A DNA stretch of 42,713 bases from a virus (taxonomy: Duplodnaviria > Heunggongvirae > Uroviricota > Caudoviricetes), in the IMG/VR virus record IMGVR_UViG_2636415959_000003, positions 1 to 42,713 of that record; one strand, 5' to 3'. Positions 35,040-42,713 of the stretch are shown here, in pieces; position 1 is the stretch's first letter; every line of letters begins with the position of its first letter. A program made the translations under genes and the position numbers. The notes under the pieces were generated by a model. The model was not told the DNA's origin. It did not search any database and worked only from the letters and a program-made list of their open reading frames with translations.

Positions 35040-35378
35040 CATGCAGATTTACAGCGTCAATGACCTGTTAAGACCCCTACACGTAAACGTGCTGTATCAC
35101 CGGGTGCGATCCGGTCGGTGAGAGAGTATCCCCGCGCGAGAGCGAGAACGGCGTGAGAACGGGCAACACTGGCAGGGAGTTGGCGCTGACCAATACAGGG
35201 AATGTTATGGGATGTGGTGAAGGGTTCATGGACGGGAATATGTCGCACGTAAAGCGGCGAGGCCCGAGGAGCTATTGCCGAAGATAAGTAGGCCGAATCG
35301 GGTCGAAATGGGTCTCCCACCTACCACAGCACCAAAGCATTTCTCCCGCATCAGCGGGTAACTAAGTGGAGAGTAAGT

Positions 35379-35567
35379 ATGCACAAGTGTCAATTCTGTG
35401 GGTACTTTCTGGCATCTGAAGAGATGCAGAGAATATCTGTAAACATGGTTGGCAGGCCTTACAACATCTGCATTCCATGCTCAGAAAAGTACAAAAAGAA
35501 AGGCCTGTGGGATTCGGCAAAAAACGATATCGACTGGAAAGCACTTCCATGCGTCGATGAGACATAA
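35379..35567 (+). CDS. Small zinc-ribbon-like protein (CxxC…CxxC)
   Basis: 62 aa; first ORF of the PL operon; GGAGAG RBS. Confidence 0.5.
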   Translation: MHKCQFCGYFLASEEMQRISVNMVGRPYNICIPCSEKYKKKGLWDSAKNDIDWKALPCVDET

Positions 35568-35600
35568 CCGCATCAGCGGGTAACGACAGAGGGTAAGGGG

Positions 35601-35897
35601 ATGATCGACGACATCAAGCGCATCGACTCAATGATAAATGCGCTTCGCAATATGAAACAGGACATCAAGCGTCAGCAGAAACTAAGTGAAATAAACAGTT
35701 TAGACCTGTCGCCGAAGCAAGCTCAAAAGCGCAATGCCGATGCTGACTGGATTGCGATGGAACAGATTAAGCGTCGGCATGAGCTGCACGCTCTGTCTGT
35801 TGAGCTTGGGTTCGCTGAGCGCCGGGAAAGTTATGCTCCATTTGAATTAACTGACGGGTGGCACCGATTCGACCACAAGCCGCGCGAACCTCAATAG
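35601..35897 (+). CDS. Hypothetical protein (98 aa)
   Basis: AGGGTAAGGGG RBS; followed by a terminator. Confidence 0.5.
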   Translation: MIDDIKRIDSMINALRNMKQDIKRQQKLSEINSLDLSPKQAQKRNADADWIAMEQIKRRHELHALSVELGFAERRESYAPFELTDGWHRFDHKPREPQ

Positions 35898-35918
35898 CCG
35901 CCTAACCAGCGGCTTTTT
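35897..35918 (+). terminator. Intra-operon rho-independent terminator (tL1-like)
   Basis: GCCGC-ctaacca-GCGGC followed by TTTTT directly after the stop at 35897. Confidence 0.55.
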
Positions 35919-36052
35919 CATACCTGGAGTCATTTACGAGTGGCTCAAGTTATGACAACCGGCGGCCATCCACCGCCCATTGAAACACTGAATAAATGCG
36001 TTGAAGTCTTGTATTAACCGTTCCGTTCGCCGCGATAAGGCCAAGAGGATTT

Positions 36053-36262
36053 ATGAGTGATTTGGAGTTGGGCTTAAAGATATACGCATTATGGTTTGTC
36101 GGGACGTTTCTGCTCGGCATAGCAATCAACTCGCTGACGAAAAAAGAACATCGCCAGCCACTTTCAAAACTAGCCATTGACCATGTACGCATGTCTTCCG
36201 CAATAACCATTGTGGGCCTGATTGTGTGCGGTATGGGCTGGTTCTTATTCAAGGTGGTGTGA
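36053..36262 (+). CDS. Small membrane protein (two predicted TM helices)
   Basis: 69 aa; hydrophobic segments IYALWFVGTFLLGIAI and ITIVGLIVCGMGWFLF. Confidence 0.5.
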   Translation: MSDLELGLKIYALWFVGTFLLGIAINSLTKKEHRQPLSKLAIDHVRMSSAITIVGLIVCGMGWFLFKVV

Positions 36263-36263
36263 G

Positions 36264-36422
36264 ATGACAGTCACCCACAACGGCAAGCAGTACACCGCCA
36301 AAAAGCTCAACGATAACGAGTGGCAGCTGACGTCGGTATCTAACCCGCGTGAAAAGCTGACGATGAACCGCTGGCATATGAAGCTGGCTGGCCTCCTGGA
36401 ACAGGTTGAGGTGAAGGCATGA
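36264..36422 (+). CDS. Hypothetical small protein
   Basis: ATG at 36264, coupled to upstream stop. Confidence 0.4.
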   Translation: MTVTHNGKQYTAKKLNDNEWQLTSVSNPREKLTMNRWHMKLAGLLEQVEVKA

Positions 36423-36628
36423 TCAACCACTACGGCACCACCCCGCTCATTCGCCAGTGCGTCACGCCCGGCATGATGGCATTGCATGAAGGCCGCACAT
36501 ATCGCGTCTCAGCAGTCATTCAGGAGCGCAAATGGGTATACCTGCACACTGACGCAGAAATAATCCGACTCAGTGACTGCGTGATTGACGTCCTTCTTGA
36601 CGGTCACGGCAACCCTATCCAGCACTAA
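36419..36628 (+). CDS. Hypothetical small protein
   Basis: ATGA coupling. Confidence 0.45.
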   Translation: MINHYGTTPLIRQCVTPGMMALHEGRTYRVSAVIQERKWVYLHTDAEIIRLSDCVIDVLLDGHGNPIQH

Positions 36629-36698
36629 CCACCCTATTCAACCGATCGGCCTGGCTCAATGCGGGCGGGATCTGCACATCCAAATTTCAGGAGAAACC

Positions 36699-37670
36699 AT
36701 GAGCGAAGTAACGGACTTAACTGTCATCGAAATCAAGCCGGAGCAGGCGCCAGTGCTTTACGTAGCCGGCGGCCTTGACGCTTATCTCGAACAGATCCGC
36801 CAGGCAGTAAACGAAGTGCCGGACCTGTCCACGAAGAAAGGCCGTGACCGTGTTGCCTCTCTGGCAGCACAGGTGTCCCGCAGCAAGACGGCAATCGAAA
36901 AGCCGGGCCGTGAATACCTGAAGCGCCTGAAAGAGGCTGTGCGCCCTGCTGAGGCCGAAATTAAGCGTTTCGTTGATGCCTGTGATGAGCTGCGCGACGC
37001 CACCCGCCGACCACTCACCGAATGGGAAGCCGAGCAGGAACGAATCCGGGTGGAAGAAGCTTGGAACGCCATGCACGAAGAAGCACTGGTGATGAACAAG
37101 ATGTTCGATGACCAGCGCGCCGCGCAGATCGAAGCAGACCACGAAATGGCTCTGCTGATGAATGACAAGTTTGACCGTGACCGCGAAGAGCAGCGCCGCC
37201 AGGCGGAACAGGCACAGCGTGAACACGAAGAGCGCATTAAGCACGAAGCGGCAGAACAAGCCCGCCGCGATGCCGAAGCGAAGCACAAAGCAGAGATAGA
37301 AGCTGCAGCGCGCCGTGAAGCTGAAGAGAAAGCACGTGCAGAAGCTGCGGAACGCCTACGCATTGAAACGGAGCAGCGTGCGGCGCGTGAGAAGCAGGAA
37401 GCGGAAGCCCGGGCGGAACGCGAAAAAGCCGCGGCGGTTGAAGCCGAGCGCCTGAAGGCAAAACAGGCCGAAGATGCTCGCCTGGCCGAAGAGAAGCGCA
37501 AAGCCGACGAGCAAGCCAAGCGCGAAGCTGACGTGAAGCATCGCAAGACGGTCGGCACCAACATCGTTAACGCGCTCACCAGCCACACCAGCTTAACCCG
37601 CGAACAGGCTATCGAAGTGCTCACCGCACTGAAAGATGACCTGATCCCCTGCGCGAAAATTCATTACTGA
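36699..37670 (+). CDS. Protein with long Ala/Glu/Arg/Lys-rich coiled-coil region (TolA-like low complexity)
   Basis: ATG at 36699 with AGGAGA RBS; 323 aa; highly charged central repeats. Confidence 0.55.
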   Translation: MSEVTDLTVIEIKPEQAPVLYVAGGLDAYLEQIRQAVNEVPDLSTKKGRDRVASLAAQVSRSKTAIEKPGREYLKRLKEAVRPAEAEIKRFVDACDELRDATRRPLTEWEAEQERIRVEEAWNAMHEEALVMNKMFDDQRAAQIEADHEMALLMNDKFDRDREEQRRQAEQAQREHEERIKHEAAEQARRDAEAKHKAEIEAAARREAEEKARAEAAERLRIETEQRAAREKQEAEARAEREKAAAVEAERLKAKQAEDARLAEEKRKADEQAKREADVKHRKTVGTNIVNALTSHTSLTREQAIEVLTALKDDLIPCAKIHY

Positions 37671-37677
37671 GGCAGCC

Positions 37678-37956
37678 ATGAACGCATACCTCACTTACGA
37701 CCGCATCGAAGATCGGCGGTGGGTTGAGCAGCAGCTCACCGACGAGAAAGAGAAGTGGATCGACGACCGGGCGAAAGAGTTGATCGCCATGTTCCCTGCG
37801 AAACCTCTGGAAATGAGCAGCTTGTTCCTGCCCCAGGAAGCCCAGTTTGCGCTTATCGGAGAAAAGGCCGAAGAGGCATACAACGAATACATTTCGGCCT
37901 GCGCATATGCCCGCGCCGAAGAAGAATGGCAGCGTCAAGCGCCCTGCCCGTTCTAA
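37678..37956 (+). CDS. gam: Gam-like host-nuclease (RecBCD) inhibitor
   Basis: MNAYLTYDRIEDRRWVEQQ… resembles the lambda Gam short form (MNAYYIQDRLEAQSW…) as recalled; position upstream of annealase and exo. Confidence 0.65.
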   Translation: MNAYLTYDRIEDRRWVEQQLTDEKEKWIDDRAKELIAMFPAKPLEMSSLFLPQEAQFALIGEKAEEAYNEYISACAYARAEEEWQRQAPCPF

Positions 37957-37965
37957 GGAGTGATC

Positions 37966-38883
37966 ATGAGCTTAACCCTTGTTGATTTCGTCAAACAACA
38001 GGAGCCGCTTTTCATTAAGGCGGCCACTGACGAGCGGATGGTGTGGGCGAAGGAAAGTCAGTTCGCCATCCAGCTATTTCAGAACAACGACTACCTCGCG
38101 AAAGTCGCTTTCCAGAACCAGACCAGCACACAGAACGCAATCATCAACGTTGCGGCTATCGGTATTTCGCTAAACCCAGCTCAGAAGCTGGCTTACCTGG
38201 TTCCGCGTAAAGGGGCTATTTGCCTAGACATCAGTTACATGGGCCTGATGCACATCGCGCAGCAGTCTGGCGCCATTAAGTGGTGCCAGTCGGCTATTGT
38301 TCGAAGAAACGACCAGTTCCGCCGCGAGGGGCTCGATAAGCCGCCAATCCACATCTACAACGACTTCGATACTGAAGAGCAGCGCGGGGACATCGTAGGC
38401 GCGTATGTAACGGTAAAAACTGACGATGGTGATTACCTCACCCATACGATGCGCATCGATGCCATCTACTCCATCCGTGACCGGTCTGAAGCATGGAAGA
38501 AGTACAAATCTGACAACAGCAAGAAGTGTCCATGGGTCACCGATGAAGAGCAGATGATCCTAAAGACGGTCGTGAAGCAGGCAGCAAAATACTGGCCTCG
38601 ACGTGAGCGCCTGGATGCCGCCATCGACCATGTTAATACCGAGGGTGAGGAAGGTATCAACTTTACAGCAGAGCGTCAGCCTGAGCGCGATATAACGCTG
38701 CTTAGCGAAGCCACGCAGAAAGAGATAAACGACCTCCTTGTCTCTTTGGATAAGACATGGGATGCCGATCTTCTCCCTCTCTGTTCACGCATTTTCAAAC
38801 GCCCTATCTCGCAGCCAGCCGACCTAACAGAAATGGAAGGTGTTAAGGCTCTCGGGTTCCTCAGGCAAAAGGCGGCAGCATGA
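37966..38883 (+). CDS. Single-strand annealing protein: RecT-family core with lambda Bet-like C-terminal tail
   Basis: Core has RecT-like motifs (…[18 protein letters not shown]…, [10 protein letters not shown]). C-terminal about 80 aa ([11 protein letters not shown]…[17 protein letters not shown]…[13 protein letters not shown]) resembles the lambda Bet C-terminus as recalled. AGGAG RBS. Confidence 0.75.
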   Translation: MSLTLVDFVKQQEPLFIKAATDERMVWAKESQFAIQLFQNNDYLAKVAFQNQTSTQNAIINVAAIGISLNPAQKLAYLVPRKGAICLDISYMGLMHIAQQSGAIKWCQSAIVRRNDQFRREGLDKPPIHIYNDFDTEEQRGDIVGAYVTVKTDDGDYLTHTMRIDAIYSIRDRSEAWKKYKSDNSKKCPWVTDEEQMILKTVVKQAAKYWPRRERLDAAIDHVNTEGEEGINFTAERQPERDITLLSEATQKEINDLLVSLDKTWDADLLPLCSRIFKRPISQPADLTEMEGVKALGFLRQKAAA

Positions 38884-39560
38884 CACCAGAAATTATCCTG
38901 GCCCGGACCGGTATCGACGTAACTACTATCCAGCAAGGCGACGAGGCATGGCACCGGCTGCGCCTCGGCGTTATCACCGCCTCTGAAGTGCACAACGTCA
39001 TCGCCAAGCCAAGATCGGGAAAGAAGTGGACAGACATGAAAATGTCCTACTTCCACACGCTGCTCGCCGAGGTATGCACAGGCGTCGCGCCAGAGGTTAA
39101 CGCCAAGGCGCTGGCCTGGGGCAAGCAGTATGAAGAAGACGCCCGTGCTCTCTTCGAGTTCACAACGAACGTAAAAGTCACGGAGTCTCCGATCCTGTTC
39201 CGTGACGAGAGCATGCGCACTGCGTGCTCTCCTGACGGCCTTTGTAGTAACGATTTCGGCCTTGAACTGAAATGCCCATTCACCTCCCGAGACTTTATGA
39301 AATTCCGCCTTGGCGGTTTTGAAGCCATCAAGTCTGCGTACATGGCCCAGGTGCAGTACAGCATGTGGGTGACCGGAAAAGACGCCTGGTTCTTTGCCAA
39401 CTACGACCCGCGCATGAAGCGCGAAGGAATTCACCACATCGTCGTTGAGCGGGATCCGCAATACATGTCCGAGTTCAACGAAATGGTGCCGGAGTTCATT
39501 GAGAAGATGGACGAGGCGCTGGCGGAGATCGGATTCACGTTCGGGGAGCAGTGGAAATGA
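38880..39560 (+). CDS. exo: Lambda-type exonuclease (Red alpha)
   Basis: [14 protein letters not shown]…[23 protein letters not shown]…[12 protein letters not shown] is near-identical to lambda Exo as recalled; ATGA coupling. Confidence 0.9.
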   Translation: MTPEIILARTGIDVTTIQQGDEAWHRLRLGVITASEVHNVIAKPRSGKKWTDMKMSYFHTLLAEVCTGVAPEVNAKALAWGKQYEEDARALFEFTTNVKVTESPILFRDESMRTACSPDGLCSNDFGLELKCPFTSRDFMKFRLGGFEAIKSAYMAQVQYSMWVTGKDAWFFANYDPRMKREGIHHIVVERDPQYMSEFNEMVPEFIEKMDEALAEIGFTFGEQWK

Positions 39561-39985
39561 AACGCACACCCTTTTACCGCAGGCCCGGGAGAACCGGGCA
39601 ATTCTCCGGCCTCCGTGAGCGCGTTATCTGGATGATCCAGACGCGCGGCCGCCCGGTAACCGGCAGCGAAATTGCCGAGAAGTTTGGCGTAACGCTCATT
39701 GAGTTTAACCGGGTGGCCAACGGCATTACCCGCGGCGCCGGACAAATAGCGCAGATTGTCGCGTCGGAAAAATGGCTCAACGAGGACGGCATCTGCGACC
39801 GGACTTTCGACTTGGTAACGAAGCCAAAGGTCGTAACGCCACAGGGTAAATCGCGGCTGTTCACCCGGCGCGCCATAAAGCAATCGCAAGAAGGAAGGCG
39901 GCAGGAGTGCATTGATCGTGCCGCCCGCCGTCGCCGCCTGATTGCTCAGGGCCTCTACATCGACGAAATGGAGTCCATCCTATGA
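39557..39985 (+). CDS. Hypothetical protein
   Basis: 142 aa; ATGA-coupled to exo. Confidence 0.45.
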   Translation: MKRTPFYRRPGRTGQFSGLRERVIWMIQTRGRPVTGSEIAEKFGVTLIEFNRVANGITRGAGQIAQIVASEKWLNEDGICDRTFDLVTKPKVVTPQGKSRLFTRRAIKQSQEGRRQECIDRAARRRRLIAQGLYIDEMESIL

Positions 39986-40140
39986 CTCACGCTCACGACG
40001 ACATCAGGGTTGGCACACTGTGCCTTCCCTGGCTCAAAGAGAAAAACGGATGGTTGCTGCCGTGGGGTGATGTCGTTACCAACCCACTGAAGGCGCAACG
40101 ACTGGCTGAAGAACTTAACGAAAAGCAGGTGGCAGCATGA
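39982..40140 (+). CDS. Small hypothetical protein (52 aa), not in ORF track
   Basis: ATGA-coupled at both ends, filling the gap between neighbouring genes. Confidence 0.35.
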   Translation: MTHAHDDIRVGTLCLPWLKEKNGWLLPWGDVVTNPLKAQRLAEELNEKQVAA

Positions 40141-41042
40141 ATTACGGATTTGTAAGTGTTTGCGTTGAGCAATTCAATGAAGCGGTTAAGCTGCCACCCG
40201 CACACAATCCAGCATCACGAATTTGGCAGCGCCCGTTCCTTAAATGGGCTGGCGGCAAATATTCGCTGCTGCCGGAACTGGATCGCCTGATCCCCGCAGG
40301 GAAACGCCTTATTGAGCCTTTTGTGGGTGGCGGCTCGGTGTTCCTTAACTCAGACAAGCACGAACGCTTTCTTCTGGCTGACGTCAACGCTGACCTGATT
40401 AACCTGTATCAGATGCTGGCGGTGGTCCCCGACTCGGTGATCTATGAGGCAATGAAGGCATTCAGGCATCTGAATGATGCCGAAAACTACACGGTAATTC
40501 GTGAAGCATTCAACGCGCAGCGGCTGGATGCGGTCGAGCGCGCAGCAGCGTTCCTTTACCTCAACCGGCACTGCTTCAACGGGCTGATCCGTTATAACCT
40601 GGACGGTTTTTTTAACGTCGGCTTTGGGAAATATAAAGCGCCATATTTCCCGGAAGAAGAGATCAGGGCATTTAAGCGGAAGGCTCACGCATGCGTATTC
40701 ATGAATGCAGGCTTCAGGCGCACGCTCGCGCTGGCAGGTGATGGTGACGTCGTTTACTGCGATCCGCCTTATGAACCGCTGCCCGGCACCGCTGGTTTCA
40801 CTAACTACGCGGCTGGTGGGTTCTCATGGGATAGCCAGGTAGAGCTTGCGGAAAGCTGTGTGGCAGCCCACCAGCGAGGTGCAAAAGTGGTGATCAGCAA
40901 TTCTACCGCTCCGCGCGTAATTGAACTTTACGAACAGCACGGCTTCACGCTGCACCGCGTCAATGCTCGCCGGGCTATATCCTGCAAAGGCAGCACCCGC
41001 GAAACAGCGAGTGATGTCGTAGCCACTTTGGGGGTGCAGTGA
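40137..41042 (+). CDS. dam: DNA adenine methyltransferase (Dam-like, orphan)
   Basis: DPPY catalytic motif (VVYCDPPYEP), N-terminal SAM-binding region; 301 aa. Confidence 0.85.
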   Translation: MNYGFVSVCVEQFNEAVKLPPAHNPASRIWQRPFLKWAGGKYSLLPELDRLIPAGKRLIEPFVGGGSVFLNSDKHERFLLADVNADLINLYQMLAVVPDSVIYEAMKAFRHLNDAENYTVIREAFNAQRLDAVERAAAFLYLNRHCFNGLIRYNLDGFFNVGFGKYKAPYFPEEEIRAFKRKAHACVFMNAGFRRTLALAGDGDVVYCDPPYEPLPGTAGFTNYAAGGFSWDSQVELAESCVAAHQRGAKVVISNSTAPRVIELYEQHGFTLHRVNARRAISCKGSTRETASDVVATLGVQ

Positions 41043-41284
41043 TGATGAAGCTGATTAATCGCAGTAAGCAATCACCTATTGGTCGCCGCGCTTGCGATGT
41101 TGCGCTGGCGGCTCACTTGCAAACATATGGCGACTATGGGCGAAGCAAGATGAAAGAGACTTATACGGTGAAGGTTGAAGGCGTGAAAGTCTGGGTGGAG
41201 GTGGTGAACCGAAAGGCGAGCTACGTGGCCACAGCGATGACCGGCATGCGCCGTCTCCGCTCCCTGCCCTGGCAGGTTGGTTGA
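41042..41284 (+). CDS. Hypothetical protein
   Basis: 80 aa; coupled to the dam stop. Confidence 0.45.
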   Translation: MMKLINRSKQSPIGRRACDVALAAHLQTYGDYGRSKMKETYTVKVEGVKVWVEVVNRKASYVATAMTGMRRLRSLPWQVG

Positions 41285-41325
41285 AAAAGATTTTGAATGG
41301 CCCGAACGGGCAACTGGAGAGAGCT

Positions 41326-41523
41326 ATGGATGATATTTTGGTAACGTCAGACCTGACCAGTCGCTACAAAATTTCACGCAAAACCCTTTGGTCATGGCAA
41401 AGTGCAGACACAATGCCTCGGGGCTTCGTATGCCCGTTCCCACCCCCTGACTGGCCCGGCAACCCTAACCGCTGGCGCTCTGAGTCAATCAAAGAGTGGG
41501 AGGATAAAAAGAAGATAAATTAA
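41326..41523 (+). CDS. xis: Excisionase / AlpA-like DNA-binding protein (tentative)
   Basis: [27 protein letters not shown]-like segment; adjacent to integrase; GGAGAG RBS. Confidence 0.5.
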
Positions 41524-42713
41524 CTGAAGGGCTCTCCGATGATCTCTTCAAGATGGCTCTGCCAAACGCGGAGCCAGTGTTTCTGATCATCGATATAGTC
41601 ATGAAGGTTGTAATGCGCCATAACCCCCACCATCTGATGCCCGAGCAGCTTTTCAATTACGTGCGGCGGGCAACCTAACTCAGAGAGATTTGTGGCTATC
41701 GTCCGCCTCATATCATGAAGCGACCACTCTGCCATACCTGTTCCATTCCAAATAGAACGGGCGTAATTGGATGCCACAGGTGAATGAACGGGCGAATCTT
41801 TGATCCCGCCATCAATTTTACGTTGTGAAGTCACCAGGTGATTGGTGTTTATTTTCTTGAGGTGATTTCTGACCAGGTTAACGGCGGCGTCTGAGAGTCC
41901 CCTTCTAATATGTACCCGAGTTTTATAACTGCCCGCAGGCACGACCCACTCATTATCATCCAATCGAAACCATGATCTCTCACTAAGTCGAATCTCAGCC
42001 GTACGGCATCCGGTAAGCATAATAAATTTCACCAGGAAAACGGACTCTATCGACATATGGCTTTTCAACCACTGATAGATTTTGCGCAGATCGTCATCGT
42101 CCATCCTGCGAGTTCTCTTTTTAGGCTTTTGCCCGACATCAGATGGCAGTAATCCCTCGAGTGGGTTTGAGGCGATCACACTTCTGTTAACGCAGAACCT
42201 AAACGCCCGTTTGCACAGCGAAAGCATGTAATGAGCCATCACCCTGCTTTCTATAGAATCGAAGACGTTGATCCAGTGCATTTTCGCTGTGTTATCGACT
42301 TTGACATTCTTCATCGGTTCGGCGATATGTTTCTCAAACACCTGGCGATAGTAATCGACTTTAACTAGCCCGTTAGCGATACAGTGCCTTTCAATCCAGT
42401 AATTGAACGCTTCGGCAACGGACATCGCTTCCTGTCGGGTCTGCTTATCCAGCTTCACCTGCTCTCGCGGATCCAGACCCTCAGTTAACCAGTTTCTGAA
42501 TTGTTGGCGACGCTCTCTTGCCTGGGTGATACTCATTGCAGGATAATCACCAACATTGAGTTTTACCGCTTTACCGGCCCAGCGATACCGATAGAAAAAT
42601 GATATTTTTCCGGCCTGGCTGATTCTGGCGTTGAGCCCGTGCGAATCAGAAATAATCTCGATATCATCTCTTTTCTTGCCGAGCGCCTTCCTGAGCTTTG
42701 TGTCGGTGATCAT
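41520..42713 (-). CDS. int: Tyrosine integrase (phage integrase family)
   Basis: 397 aa from ATG at the window edge (42713). C-terminal catalytic region with R…HxxR…Y pattern (HDMRRT…LLGH…AHY). N-terminus could extend beyond the window. Confidence 0.85.

Noticed and set aside
35057-35320. 87-aa minus-strand ORF inside the PL leader
   Set aside because: It is antisense to the early-left transcript, has no RBS, and is an open frame typical of GC-rich composition.
36717-37624. Several long minus-strand ORFs (for example 36782-37624, 280 aa) antisense to the charged coiled-coil gene
   Set aside because: They lie entirely within a GC-rich, codon-repetitive plus-strand gene and encode Ser/Arg/Ala-rich nonsense with no RBS, so they are by-products of biased composition.

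Overview
This window is a near-complete lambdoid prophage of an enterobacterial host, with most lytic genes on the minus strand. Right side: a convergent xis/integrase pair and a rightward early-left operon (Gam-like, RecT-core/Bet-tail annealase, lambda-type Exo, Dam methylase). Centre: cI / Cro immunity region with repeated operator motifs, then leftward replication genes (O with in-gene iterons, P), nin region (NinB, NinG), Q, lysis cassette (holin, lysozyme, Rz/Rz1), terminase, portal, head genes and a Mu/SfV-like contractile tail (sheath, tube, frameshifted chaperone, tape measure, baseplate). Left edge: a tail-fibre gene ending in a G-segment-like invertible switch with a Hin-family invertase. 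Two AT-rich cargo islands stand out. The first is a translationally coupled two-gene cassette (159-aa nucleotidyltransferase-fold protein plus 310-aa unknown partner) in the rex-equivalent slot between cI and OL/PL; this is my best candidate for an undescribed defence module. The second is a moron island inside the baseplate cluster. No rRNA, tRNA or CRISPR was seen. All calls rest on reading the sequence and recalled family signatures, with no database search; small-motif coordinates may be off by 1-2 bases.
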